Source: an uncultured Gemmatimonadales bacterium
Lineage (GTDB): Bacteria > Gemmatimonadota > Gemmatimonadetes > Gemmatimonadales > GWC2-71-9
Assembly: GCA_963779755.1 (NCBI GenBank)
Contig: CAVZZO010000003.1
Location: 896,001-960,000 of the forward strand
Direction: 5' to 3'
Length of the DNA stretch: 64,000 bases
The notes beneath the pieces are model-generated. The model saw only the letters and a program-made list of their open reading frames with translations, did no database searches and was not told the origin of the DNA. Below, one piece after another: positions 21,084 through 30,686 of this stretch. A program made the position numbers and the translations under genes. Within the stretch, counting starts at the first letter, position 1. Each line of letters begins with the position of its first letter.

Positions 21084-23067
21084 GACGGATCCTCCTTCTG
21101 AGTCGCTCCCCTCCAGGCCGGCCACTCCGGCCGGCGAGCATGCCGCACTGGTATCGCTGGCGCAGTTCGGGCGGGAGCTGGCGGGGACGCTGCGTCCCCA
21201 TGCCATCGCCGCCCTGCTGGCCCGGTTCGCCCAGCAGGTGTTTCACCCTGCCAGCTCGGCCGTTGCCCTCTTTGACATGGACTCCAACCGGCTACGCATC
21301 GTGCACGCCGCCCCGGTGGAGTCCGCCGCCCACGCCCTCATCCTTGATAGCGCCATGCGGCGCGGGCCGCTGGTGATCGGCGGCACAGCGGGGGCTCCGG
21401 GCCCGGCGCTCCCGCCCGACGCACTACCCTGCTGGATGGCCGTACCGCTGGTGGCTCGCAGCGTGGTCACCGGTGCGGTGGCCCTGGGCGCCCCGGCCGG
21501 CCGGTTCGGTCCCGGCGACCTGCCGCTGCTCGAGGCCTACGCCGCCCAGGCGGCGCTGGCGCTGGAGAGCGGACTGATCCTGGACGAGGTCGACAGCGGC
21601 CGCCGCTCCTGGGCCGACATGGTCGATGCGATTCCCCTGGCGCTCTGCGTGACCGATAGCGCCGGACGCGTGCGACGCGCCAATCGTGCCTTCGCCGATC
21701 TGGTCCGCGCCTCCGCCGCGGCGGTCGTGGGCCGCCCCTGGCTGGCGCTGGTCCCGCCCTCCTGGGGCGAGGGTGTGCAGGCCGCGATTGCGGCCGCGGG
21801 GTCGGGCCGCGAGATCGAGCTGCGGGCCCACAACCGGGTCTTCGCCCTCAGCGCCTTCGTGGCCGGCGGCGGCGAGCACGCGCTGACCGTGCTGCTGTTC
21901 GACGACCGCACTGAGCGACGCCGGCTCCAGGACCAGCTGATTCAATCCGAAAAGATGTCGGCCATCGGCCAGCTGGTGGCCGGCGTGGCTCACGATCTCA
22001 ACAACCCGCTGGCGTCGGTGCTCGGGTTCGCCGATCTCCTGGTGGAGCATCCCGACATCCCCGCCAGTCTGCGCGAACCGATGCGGGTAGTCCAGCAGGA
22101 AGCCCTCCGCGCCGCGGCGATCGTTCGCAACCTGCTGGACTTCGCCCGCAAGCAGGAGCACCGGCGTCGCAATATGGCACTGCGCCCGCTGCTCGATGCG
22201 ACCCTCGCGCTGCTGCGCAACCAGCTGATGGCCGATCGGATCGAAGCGCGGCTCGAGCTGGATCCAGACATTCCCCAGCTGGATATCGACCCGAACCAGA
22301 TCCAGCAGGTGTTCGTCAACCTGATTCAGAACGCCAGCCAGGCCATCGCCTCCACGGGCCGGGCCGGAGAGATCCGAATCCGTGCCCGCCGCTGGCGCGA
22401 CGGAGTGGCGGTGGATGTCACCGACAACGGGCCCGGCATGCCGCCCGAGCTGGCCCAGCGCGCCATGGAGCCGTTCTTCACCACCAAGCCGGAAGGCAGC
22501 GGCACCGGGCTCGGCCTCACCATCTGCCAGGGGATTCTCAAAGAGCATGGCGGCCGGCTTACTCTGGCCACGGAGCCGGGTGAAGGCACAACCCTCACCG
22601 TGGAGCTGCCGGCCTCCAGCCGGTCGGAAGAGGAAGAGCAACCTTCCCCACCGCAGCCCCGGGCACCGACCGGCCCCTTGCGGATCCTGCTGATCGACGA
22701 CGAGCCCCACATCCTGCACTACCTGCGGACCACGCTGGAAGCCTGGGGCCACACCGTGGCGCTGGCGGGTGATGGAGCCGCCGGCCTGGATGCCCTCGAG
22801 CGGGAAGAATTCGATCTGGTGATCTCCGACCTGCGCATGCCCCGCATGGGCGGGCAGGAGTTCTACGAGCAGTTAGCGAGCAAAAACCCGGCCATGGCGG
22901 CCCGGACGCTGTTCTCTACCGGTGACACGGTCCGGGACGACGCCCTGCGTTTCCTGGAGCGCCTGGGCCGCCCCTGGCTCAACAAGCCCTTCAGCCTGAG
23001 CGAACTGCGAGCCGCCCTCGGGTGGCAGGCCGGCGCCGGCGAGTCCCGGGGCCAGGCCCCGGCATGA
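21082..23067 (+). CDS. Hybrid sensor histidine kinase (GAF-PAS-HisKA-HATPase-REC)
   Basis: QSEKMSAIGQLVAGVAHDLNNPL H-box, QVFVNLIQNA, DNGPG, PFFTTK, GTGLGL, REC LIDDE/SDLRMP/KPF; exact start uncertain. Confidence 0.9.
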   Translation: MTDPPSESLPSRPATPAGEHAALVSLAQFGRELAGTLRPHAIAALLARFAQQVFHPASSAVALFDMDSNRLRIVHAAPVESAAHALILDSAMRRGPLVIGGTAGAPGPALPPDALPCWMAVPLVARSVVTGAVALGAPAGRFGPGDLPLLEAYAAQAALALESGLILDEVDSGRRSWADMVDAIPLALCVTDSAGRVRRANRAFADLVRASAAAVVGRPWLALVPPSWGEGVQAAIAAAGSGREIELRAHNRVFALSAFVAGGGEHALTVLLFDDRTERRRLQDQLIQSEKMSAIGQLVAGVAHDLNNPLASVLGFADLLVEHPDIPASLREPMRVVQQEALRAAAIVRNLLDFARKQEHRRRNMALRPLLDATLALLRNQLMADRIEARLELDPDIPQLDIDPNQIQQVFVNLIQNASQAIASTGRAGEIRIRARRWRDGVAVDVTDNGPGMPPELAQRAMEPFFTTKPEGSGTGLGLTICQGILKEHGGRLTLATEPGEGTTLTVELPASSRSEEEEQPSPPQPRAPTGPLRILLIDDEPHILHYLRTTLEAWGHTVALAGDGAAGLDALEREEFDLVISDLRMPRMGGQEFYEQLASKNPAMAARTLFSTGDTVRDDALRFLERLGRPWLNKPFSLSELRAALGWQAGAGESRGQAPA

Positions 23068-24134
23068 CACTCCGGGTGGTGCACGTCGCCAGCGGCCGGG
23101 AATGGCGCGGCGGCCAGAACCAGGTGCTGCTGCTGGCTCGCGCGCTGCAGCGCACCGGCCTGGTGCGCCAAACGGTGGTGACCGGCCGGGGGAGCGAGCT
23201 GGCCCGCCGGCTGGCGGAGGCCGGCGTCCCGGTGAGCGATACCGGCTGGGACGCGGCCCTCGACCCCCGGGCGCTGGCCCGCACCTGGCGCGAGGCGGCG
23301 CCGGCGGGAACCATCCTCCATGCCCACGACGCCCACGCCCTGGTCCTCGCCGGCCTGGCCCGGCGCCGGCATGGCCGTCTGGTGGTAACCCGGCGGGTAG
23401 ACTTCCATCTGCGACGGCCCGGATTCTGGGCCAGGGCCGATCGGGTGATCGCCATCAGCGAGGCGGTGCGCCGCGTCCTGGTGGCCGACGGGATCGCCTC
23501 CGAGCGGATCAGCGTCATCCACTCCGGCATCGACCCCGCCGCGGTCCGGGGGCTTCCGTCCGCGGGACTGCGGGGACGGCTGCGGCTGGCGCCGGAGACA
23601 CCCCTGGTCTTGAACATCGCGGCCCTGGTCCCGCACAAGGACCAGGGGACGCTGCTCGCGGCCGCGGCGGCGCTCCGGGAGTCGCGGCCCGACGTACACT
23701 GGGCCGTGGCGGGCGAGGGTCCCCTGCGCCCCGAGCTGGAGGCCGCCATCATCCGGCTGGGCCTGGCCGGCCGGGTCCACCTCCTGGGCGCCGTCCCCGG
23801 CGCAGCCGCGCTGCTCCAGGAGGCCGACGTCTTCGTGCTGAGTTCGCGGGAAGAAGGGCTCGGCACTTCTGTGCTCGACGCGATGGCCTGCCGCATCCCG
23901 GTGGCGGCCACCCGGGCCGGAGGCATTCCCGAGATGCTGGAGGGCGGAGCCGGCCTTCTGGTGCCGCCGGGCGACGGCCCGGCGCTGGCACAGGCCGTGC
24001 TCTCCCTCATAACCGACCCCGCCACACGCGCCCGGGTGCTCGCTCAGGCGGACGCCCGCCTGACCGCTTTCACGGACAACAGGATGACAGAGCGGGTCCT
24101 GCGGGTATATCGTTCCCTCACGGCAACCGGTTGA
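23064..24134 (+). CDS. Glycosyltransferase family 4
   Basis: WRGGQNQ, HAHDAHA, TRRVDF, SREEGLGTSVLDAMA; ATGA overlap with the kinase stop. Confidence 0.9.
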   Translation: MTLRVVHVASGREWRGGQNQVLLLARALQRTGLVRQTVVTGRGSELARRLAEAGVPVSDTGWDAALDPRALARTWREAAPAGTILHAHDAHALVLAGLARRRHGRLVVTRRVDFHLRRPGFWARADRVIAISEAVRRVLVADGIASERISVIHSGIDPAAVRGLPSAGLRGRLRLAPETPLVLNIAALVPHKDQGTLLAAAAALRESRPDVHWAVAGEGPLRPELEAAIIRLGLAGRVHLLGAVPGAAALLQEADVFVLSSREEGLGTSVLDAMACRIPVAATRAGGIPEMLEGGAGLLVPPGDGPALAQAVLSLITDPATRARVLAQADARLTAFTDNRMTERVLRVYRSLTATG

Positions 24135-24140
24135 AGACCT

Positions 24141-24917
24141 GTGATTTACATCTGCATTCCCAGTTATAACGAGGCCGAGACGGTCGGGCTGCTCCTGTGG
24201 AAGATCCGGCGGATCTTTACGGAGTTCCCCCGGGAGTATCAGCTCCTGGTGGCGGACGATGCCTCCGACGATGCCACCCAGGAGGTGCTGGAGCCCTATA
24301 TCAAGGTGCTCCCGCTCACCGTGGTGCGGCATGATACCCGGCGCGGCTACGCCGCCTCGGTCGAGGAGCTGTTGCGGCTGGCGGTGGATCGCACCGACCG
24401 GCCCAAGCGCGACTGTGCGATCATCATGCACGCCGATTTTTCGCACGGGGCGGAGTTCCTGCCCGACCTGGTGCGCCAGATCGACAGCGGCGCCGATCTG
24501 GTCGTGGCCCAGGGTACGGTCGAGGGCGAGCCCTCGCGTCTGCTGCGCTGGGTACGCCGGGTAGCACCACGGCTCCTGGGCAGGGCGGTCCGGATTCCCG
24601 GCGTGGTGGACAACGTGAGCGGGTTCGCCGCCCTGCGCCTGGTGACGCTGCGTAACGCCTTCCGCAGCCGGCCGGAGCCGCTGCTGACCACCGAAGGGTG
24701 GGCCGCGAACGCGGAGCTCTATCGCCGCGCCAGCCTGTCGGCGCGCCGGGTGGAGACCATTGCGGTCACCGAGCGGCGCGACCGGCGCTTCCGCGCCACC
24801 CGGCTGCAGCCGTGGGAGACCATCAAGGACCTCTGGCGCGCCGGCCGGGCGCTCCGGGCCGTCCCCATGACTCCGCCTCCACCCCGGCGGCCCCAGCGGG
24901 CGGAGGCGGCCTCATGA
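24141..24917 (+). CDS. Glycosyltransferase family 2 (polyprenol-phosphate glycosyltransferase-like)
   Basis: ICIPSYNEA, DDASDDAT; HAD occupies the usual DxD position. Confidence 0.8.
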   Translation: MIYICIPSYNEAETVGLLLWKIRRIFTEFPREYQLLVADDASDDATQEVLEPYIKVLPLTVVRHDTRRGYAASVEELLRLAVDRTDRPKRDCAIIMHADFSHGAEFLPDLVRQIDSGADLVVAQGTVEGEPSRLLRWVRRVAPRLLGRAVRIPGVVDNVSGFAALRLVTLRNAFRSRPEPLLTTEGWAANAELYRRASLSARRVETIAVTERRDRRFRATRLQPWETIKDLWRAGRALRAVPMTPPPPRRPQRAEAAS

Positions 24918-25672
24918 GATCCCTCCTGCTGGCCTTGCTGCTGTTCCAGAGCCCCGCCGCGCCCGATTCCGCCGCGCCGCGGACCGCGGACGGCTACCCC
25001 TTCAAGGTGGGCGAGACGTTCGAGTATACGGCGAAGCTGGGGCTCATTTCGCTGGGCACCGCCTCGATGCAGGTGGCGGGGCTGGACACCATCCGGGGGG
25101 CCGAGACCTTTCACTTCCGGTTTCACCTGGAGGGCGGCACGTTCTTCTTCAAGTTGAACGACGTGCTGCAGTCCTGGACCACGACCGACAATCTCACCTC
25201 GCTCCGATTCCACCAGGATTTCGACGAGGACGGCAAGATCCGGCAGCAGTTCTACGAAATCTTCCCGGACTCCGGCGTGTACCACAACGTGCAGAAGGAC
25301 GAGCGCAAGGAAACCACTGCCCGCCCGCTGGACGACGCGGCCTTCTTCTATTTTGTGCGGACCACGCCGCTGGTGGTGGGAAAGACCTATACCTATGACC
25401 GGTACTTCAAGCCGGAGGCGAATCCCGTCACCGTCAGCGTGCTGAAGCGCGAAGACTGCGATCTGCCGGAGGGCAAGACGACCTGCCTGGTCCTCGCGCC
25501 GGTGGTGAACAGCGACGGGATGTTCTCCCAGCGCTCCGAGGCGCGGCTCTGGCTCACCGACGATGCCCGGCGGATTCCGGTGCAGATCAGGTCCAAGTTT
25601 CCCTGGGGCGCCGTCACGCTCAAGATCCGGAGCATGAAGCTGCCCGATCTCCCCGTGCCTCCCCGCGGCTGA
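24914..25672 (+). CDS. Exported DUF3108-like protein
   Basis: Signal peptide MRSLLLALLL; PF.VGE...Y, LDD..FFYFVR, LWLTDD.RRIPV.I. Confidence 0.75.
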   Translation: MRSLLLALLLFQSPAAPDSAAPRTADGYPFKVGETFEYTAKLGLISLGTASMQVAGLDTIRGAETFHFRFHLEGGTFFFKLNDVLQSWTTTDNLTSLRFHQDFDEDGKIRQQFYEIFPDSGVYHNVQKDERKETTARPLDDAAFFYFVRTTPLVVGKTYTYDRYFKPEANPVTVSVLKREDCDLPEGKTTCLVLAPVVNSDGMFSQRSEARLWLTDDARRIPVQIRSKFPWGAVTLKIRSMKLPDLPVPPRG

Positions 25673-25673
25673 C

Positions 25674-26627
25674 GTGCCGTATCTCGAGGCCGATCTGAGC
25701 GGGCTCAGAACGGTCCCCATCGGCGGACGGGCGAACAAGGTGGATACCTCCATCCTGGCCCGCCCGCCCGGCGGGGACCGTTCCTTTGCCGCCTTTCTCG
25801 ATTCTCTCCCCGACGTGCTGGCCGCGCGCGACCTCCGGACCGTGATCGCGGGTGTGGCCGGCGCGGCGCGGGCCGGCCGCGGCGTGGTGCTGCTGCTGGG
25901 CGGCCACGTCATCAAGGTCGGCATGGGCCCCCTCATCCGCGCCTGGGTCGACCGCGGAATCGTTACCCATATCGCCCTGAACGGCGCGGCCGCGATTCAC
26001 GATTTCGAGCTGGCCGCGTTCGGCGGCACCAGCGAAGACGTGGCCGCCGGCCTGGCCGACGGGACCTTCGGCATGGCCGAGGAGACCGGTGACGAGATGA
26101 ACCGGGCTATCGCCCGGGCGGCGGCGCAGCAGCAGGGCCTGGGCGAAGGCCTGGCCGACTGGCTGGCCTCGCGCAAGGAGCAGCCGGGCGGCGATGTCTC
26201 CGTGCTGCTGGCCTGCCACCGGGCCGGTGTGCCGGTCACGGTCCACGTGGCCATCGGGGCAGACATCATTCACCAGCATCCCCAGGCCAGCGGCGAGCAC
26301 CTGGGCGCCACGACCTTCCGCGACTTCCGCCGGCTGGCGGGCAGCCTCCCCCCCCTGCACCAGGGGGGCGCGGTGCTCAACTGGGGCAGCGCGGTCCTCA
26401 TGCCCGAGGTCTTCCTCAAGGCGCTGACGGTCGCCCGCAATCTGGGCCAGGGCAAGCCTACTCACTTCCTCGCCGCCGATTTCGACATGCTGCGGCACTA
26501 CCGCCCCCGGATGAACGTGGTGCAGCGCCCCACCCTCGAGGGCGGCACCGGGATCCAGATCACCGGCCACCATGAGTTGATGCTCCCCCTGCTGGTGTGG
26601 GGCGTGCTCGAGCGGCTCGATGCCTAG
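25674..26627 (+). CDS. Uncharacterised deoxyhypusine-synthase-like (DHS-like fold) protein
   Basis: GGHVIKVG, NGAAAIHDFE, TSEDV...L.DG.FGMA.ET, GSAVLMPEVFLKA, GHHELMLP. Confidence 0.7.
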   Translation: MPYLEADLSGLRTVPIGGRANKVDTSILARPPGGDRSFAAFLDSLPDVLAARDLRTVIAGVAGAARAGRGVVLLLGGHVIKVGMGPLIRAWVDRGIVTHIALNGAAAIHDFELAAFGGTSEDVAAGLADGTFGMAEETGDEMNRAIARAAAQQQGLGEGLADWLASRKEQPGGDVSVLLACHRAGVPVTVHVAIGADIIHQHPQASGEHLGATTFRDFRRLAGSLPPLHQGGAVLNWGSAVLMPEVFLKALTVARNLGQGKPTHFLAADFDMLRHYRPRMNVVQRPTLEGGTGIQITGHHELMLPLLVWGVLERLDA

Positions 26628-27048
26628 GCGGGGACTGCTGCTGCTGCTGCTCCTGCCGGCCTGCACCCGCCAGACCACCGTCGTCACCCGGGATCTTCCG
26701 GCCGCTTCCACCCAGGAGGCGGCGATCAGCGGCGTCATCGCGGCGGCGCTCTCCGAGGCCGCGGCCGGCTCCGGCGACGACACCCTGTACGCCCCGACCG
26801 CCGACGTCATCGTGGACGGACGCACCCGGGGACGCGAGCCGGGCTTCGCCGGGATCAGTCCCGGCGGCCAGGTAGCCGTCAGCTCGAGCCGCCTGGAAGC
26901 GTCCCGCGCCACCGCCTGGAGCCTGGTACACTACCGCTGGGTGGCGAGCGACGGCCGGAGCGCCGCGGAGGGCGTCGCGACCTTTGTTCTGGGACGGGGA
27001 TCAGACGGACAGTGGAAGATCGTGCATGTGCACAGCTCGACGGAGTGA
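26620..27048 (+). CDS. NTF2/SnoaL-like lipoprotein
   Basis: Lipobox LLPAC; C-terminal WKIVHVHSS. Confidence 0.75.
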   Translation: MPRRGLLLLLLLPACTRQTTVVTRDLPAASTQEAAISGVIAAALSEAAAGSGDDTLYAPTADVIVDGRTRGREPGFAGISPGGQVAVSSSRLEASRATAWSLVHYRWVASDGRSAAEGVATFVLGRGSDGQWKIVHVHSSTE

Positions 27049-27050
27049 AA

Positions 27051-27204
27051 GAGAAGGACGGAAGAAAGACGGGAAAAGGACGGGAGAAAGGACGGGAGAA
27101 AGACGGGAAAAGGACGGGAGAACAGCGACGGGAGGCAGAAAGAGCGTTTGCTCCTTCTTCCTCCCGTCGTTCTTCCGTCTTGCTTCCGTCCTTCTCCCGT
27201 CCTC
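27051..27204. repeat. Inverted ~11-mer tandem array (GACGGGAGAAA-like)n ... (TTCTTCCGTC-like)n
   Basis: GACGG cores at 27057, 27068, 27079, 27091, 27102, 27113, 27127; CCGTC cores at 27164, 27175, 27186, 27197. Confidence 0.9.
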
Positions 27205-27209
27205 CTATC

Positions 27210-27428
27210 TCATTCCTCCGCCGGTTTCCCAGCGATCATCTCGCGAATGGACCGTGCGGTCCCCGGGCTCACCACCTTGATAACCAGGTAGATCACGAAC
27301 CCGATCACCGCCCACCAGACCAGCGTCATGAACAACCCGATGGCCATGCCCAGCAGGGCGAACACCAGCTTGAGGGCAACGATGCCCACCACAGCCAGGA
27401 TGGCGAAACCGAAGAGGCTCCGGAACAT
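27210..27428 (-). CDS. Small membrane protein (72 aa)
   Basis: GGAGG RBS; two hydrophobic helices. Confidence 0.75.
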   Translation of the reverse strand: MFRSLFGFAILAVVGIVALKLVFALLGMAIGLFMTLVWWAVIGFVIYLVIKVVSPGTARSIREMIAGKPAEE

Positions 27429-27502
27429 GCTATTTTCCTCCCGTGTGGGTCAGCCACCAGCACCTACGCCCAAACGTTTCAAAAAGTTTCGTAGGGATAT
27501 AA

Positions 27503-28606
27503 TTGCCTACCAATCATGATGTTATCATCGTCGGCGGCGGAGCGATAGGGGCCGCCTGTGCCCGCGAGCTGGCGATGGCGGGGCGGCGGGTGCTGCTGCT
27601 CGATCGGGACAGCGGCGAAGGCGTGGCCTGGCGCGCGGCCGCCGGCATGCTGGCGCCGCAGATCGAAGCCGAGGCGGACGACCCGCTCTTCGAGCTGGGG
27701 CTGGCGGGCCGTGCGCGCTACGAGGAGCTGGCGGGGCCGCTGCGTCATGCGACCGGCATCGACATCGGCTTCTGGCAGGAGGGCATCACCCGGGTAGCGA
27801 CCGATGAGGCCGATGCGGCCGAGCTGAAGTCCCGGGTGGCATGGCAGCGGCAACAGGGCCACCTGGTCGACTGGTTCGACGCCGATGAGATCAAGGCCCG
27901 CTGGCCCTGGCTCGGCCCCACGCATGGCGGCCTGTGGGCGCCGCGCGATGCGGCCCTCGATCCCGAGCGGCTGGTCGCGGCGCTGCTGGCCGATGCCCGC
28001 CGCGCCGGCGCCACGATGACGACCGACCGCGTCGACCGCGTGCTCTCCCAGGGCAACCGGGTGACCGGGGTCGCCGGGCAGGAGCGCCACAGCGCCGAGC
28101 ATGTCATCATCGCCGCCGGCGCCTGGTCGGGCAGCATCGGGGGCACACCGCGCCCGCTGCCGGTGCAGCCCATCCGCGGGCAGATGGCCGCCTTCCCCTG
28201 GCCGGAAGGCATCGAGCGCGCCATCGTGTTCCGGCGCGGAGCCTATCTGGTTGCCCGGGAAGGCGAGGCGATCGCCGGGTCCACCATGGAGCACGCCGGC
28301 TTCAACTCCCAGGTCACCGCCGCGGGGCTGGCCCGGATCTTTACCGGCGTCACCGCGCTCTGCCCCGCGCTGGCCAACCTGGAGGTCACCCGCACCTGGG
28401 CGGGGCTCCGGCCCATGACTCCCGACGGCCTGCCCATCATCGGAGCCGAGCCCCGGATGCAGGGGCTCTGGTACGCCACGGGCCACGGCCGGAACGGCAT
28501 CCTGCTGGCGGGCATTACCGGGGTCATCCTGCGGCAGTTGCTTTCGGGCGAGGAACCGGTCGAGGCCATGGAGCCCTTCCGGCCGGAGCGATTCTTCGAC
28601 TGGTAG
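27503..28606 (+). CDS. thiO: Glycine oxidase (FAD-dependent, DAO family)
   Basis: GGGAIG Rossmann, AAAGMLAP, P.RGQ, WAGLRP.TPDGLP, GHGRNGILLA. Confidence 0.8.
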   Translation: MPTNHDVIIVGGGAIGAACARELAMAGRRVLLLDRDSGEGVAWRAAAGMLAPQIEAEADDPLFELGLAGRARYEELAGPLRHATGIDIGFWQEGITRVATDEADAAELKSRVAWQRQQGHLVDWFDADEIKARWPWLGPTHGGLWAPRDAALDPERLVAALLADARRAGATMTTDRVDRVLSQGNRVTGVAGQERHSAEHVIIAAGAWSGSIGGTPRPLPVQPIRGQMAAFPWPEGIERAIVFRRGAYLVAREGEAIAGSTMEHAGFNSQVTAAGLARIFTGVTALCPALANLEVTRTWAGLRPMTPDGLPIIGAEPRMQGLWYATGHGRNGILLAGITGVILRQLLSGEEPVEAMEPFRPERFFDW

Positions 28607-28725
28607 CACCGGGCGGCAGCGCTCCGGGCCGCCGCTCGGCCGCTCCTGCCCATTCTCCTTCATTCCCACTAACTTACCGGTTTCATGAAGGTCCGTTGCA
28701 CGCTCTGCCGCAAGGAAGAAGACGC

Positions 28726-29667
28726 ATGGCGCTGCCCCTGGTTCAACTGACCCGCGAGAAGCCCGGCACGGCCCCGCAGCCGGCGCCGGCCGCGGTTCCC
28801 CGGAAGCCCGCCTGGCTCAAGGTGAAGGCGCCGGGCGGCAAGAACTACGTCGGTATCAAGACGCTGATGCGCGACCTCAACCTGCACACGGTCTGCGAAG
28901 AGGCGCGCTGCCCCAATATCGGGGAATGCTGGGAGCACAAGGCGGCCACGTTCATGATCCTGGGCGATGTCTGCACCCGGAACTGCGCCTACTGCGCGGT
29001 CGCCCACGGAACGCCCGCGCCCTTCGACCCGGTGGAGCCGGTACGGTTGGCGGAGGCGGTCAGCGCCATGGGCCTGCAGCACGTGGTAATCACCTCGGTC
29101 GACCGGGATGATCTCCCCAACGGAGGTGCCGAGGCCTTCGCCGGCTGCGTCACCGAAATCCGCAAGCGGCTGCCGCAGACCTCGGTGGAGGTGCTGATTC
29201 CCGATTTCAAGGGCTCCGAGCGTGCGCTGCAGATCGTGATGGACGCCCGGCCCGACATCCTGAACCACAATCTGGAGACGGCCGAACGGCTCTATCGCCT
29301 GGCGCGGCCCGGCGGGCGCTACGACCGCGCACTGCGGGTGCTGGCCAATGCGCGCCGGATGGTACCGGACGGCCTGACCAAGTCGGGGGTCATCCTGGGG
29401 ATGGGTGAGGAGTGGGACGAGATCGTCACCTGCATGCGGGACCTCCGGCAGGTCGACGTCAACATTCTCACGCTGGGCCAGTATCTGCGGCCGACCGACG
29501 GCCATCTGCCCATCGTCCGCTTCTACAGCCCCGACGAATTCGCCGAGCTGCGCGACCTCGGCCTGCGCATGGGGTTCCGCCATGTGGAGGCGAGTCCCCT
29601 CACCCGGTCGTCCTATCATGCCTGGGAGCAGGTGACGCAGGCCCGGACGGCCCCCACGGAGAGCTGA
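28726..29667 (+). CDS. lipA: Lipoyl synthase
   Basis: KPAWLK, CEEARCPNIGEC, CTRNCAYC, TSVDRDDL, RSSYHA. Confidence 0.97.
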   Translation: MALPLVQLTREKPGTAPQPAPAAVPRKPAWLKVKAPGGKNYVGIKTLMRDLNLHTVCEEARCPNIGECWEHKAATFMILGDVCTRNCAYCAVAHGTPAPFDPVEPVRLAEAVSAMGLQHVVITSVDRDDLPNGGAEAFAGCVTEIRKRLPQTSVEVLIPDFKGSERALQIVMDARPDILNHNLETAERLYRLARPGGRYDRALRVLANARRMVPDGLTKSGVILGMGEEWDEIVTCMRDLRQVDVNILTLGQYLRPTDGHLPIVRFYSPDEFAELRDLGLRMGFRHVEASPLTRSSYHAWEQVTQARTAPTES

Positions 29668-30686
29668 TGGCCGGATCGACCACGACCTCGCGGCGCCGGG
29701 GCAAGGCGCCCGACGCCGCGACTGCAAAGGAATACCGGAGCCTGCTGCGGCAGATGATGCTCATCCGCCGCTTCGAGGAAAAGGCGGGCGAGGCCTACAG
29801 CCTGGGACGCATCGGCGGGTTCTGTCATCTCTATATCGGGCAGGAGGCGGTGGCGGTGGGAACCATGGCGGCCCTGCGCGCCGACGACTACATCACCGCC
29901 AGCTATCGCGATCATGGACAGGCGCTGGCCCGCGGCATCAGCGCCCGGGCGGTCATGGCCGAGTTGTTCGGCAAGGCGGCCGGCTGCTCCCGGGGCAAGG
30001 GCGGCTCGATGCACCTGTTCGACACCTCGCTCGGCTTCCTGGGGGGCCATGGCATCGTGGGCGGCCATATCCCCCTCACCACCGGGATGGCGTTCGCCAT
30101 CAAGTACCGGGAAACCGACCAGGTGGCGGTCTGCTATTTCGGCGAGGCCGCGGTCAACAATGGCGCCTTTCACGAGGCGCTCAACATGGCCGCCCTGTGG
30201 AAGCTGCCGGCTATCTACATCTGCGAGAACAACCGGTTCGGCATGGGCACGGCGCTGGAACGCGCCAGCGCGGTGTACGACATCTCCGAGCGGGCCTGCT
30301 CCTACGACATGGCCAACGAGGTGGTGGACGGGCAGGAACTGCTGGCGGTGCACGGCGCCATGGAGCGGGCGGTCAAACGGGGGCGGGAGGAAAAGCACCC
30401 CACCCTGCTGGAAATCCGCACCTACCGGTTCATGGGCCACTCCATGTCCGACCCCATCCACGGCCACTACCGTACCAAAGAAGAGGTCGAGGAGCAGCGC
30501 AAGCGCGATCCCATCGCGCTCTGGTCCCGCAAGCTGATGACCGAGGGCGTAATGGACGAAGAGGCGATCCGCGCGCTGGACGCCGAGGTCATGGCGGAGG
30601 TGGAGGACGCCTACCGGTTTGCCGAGGAGGCGCCGGAGCCCGATCCTTCCGAGCTCTACACCGACGTGTACGCGGAGCCGCGCTGA
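29667..30686 (+). CDS. pdhA: Pyruvate dehydrogenase E1 alpha
   Basis: GFCHLYIGQEA, YRDHG, GKGGSMH, TYRFMGHSMSDP. Confidence 0.95.
   Translation: MAGSTTTSRRRGKAPDAATAKEYRSLLRQMMLIRRFEEKAGEAYSLGRIGGFCHLYIGQEAVAVGTMAALRADDYITASYRDHGQALARGISARAVMAELFGKAAGCSRGKGGSMHLFDTSLGFLGGHGIVGGHIPLTTGMAFAIKYRETDQVAVCYFGEAAVNNGAFHEALNMAALWKLPAIYICENNRFGMGTALERASAVYDISERACSYDMANEVVDGQELLAVHGAMERAVKRGREEKHPTLLEIRTYRFMGHSMSDPIHGHYRTKEEVEEQRKRDPIALWSRKLMTEGVMDEEAIRALDAEVMAEVEDAYRFAEEAPEPDPSELYTDVYAEPR

Noticed and set aside
27498..27503. TATAAT as the thiO -10 box
   Set aside because: It overlaps the only plausible start codon (TTG 27503) and has no well-spaced -35.
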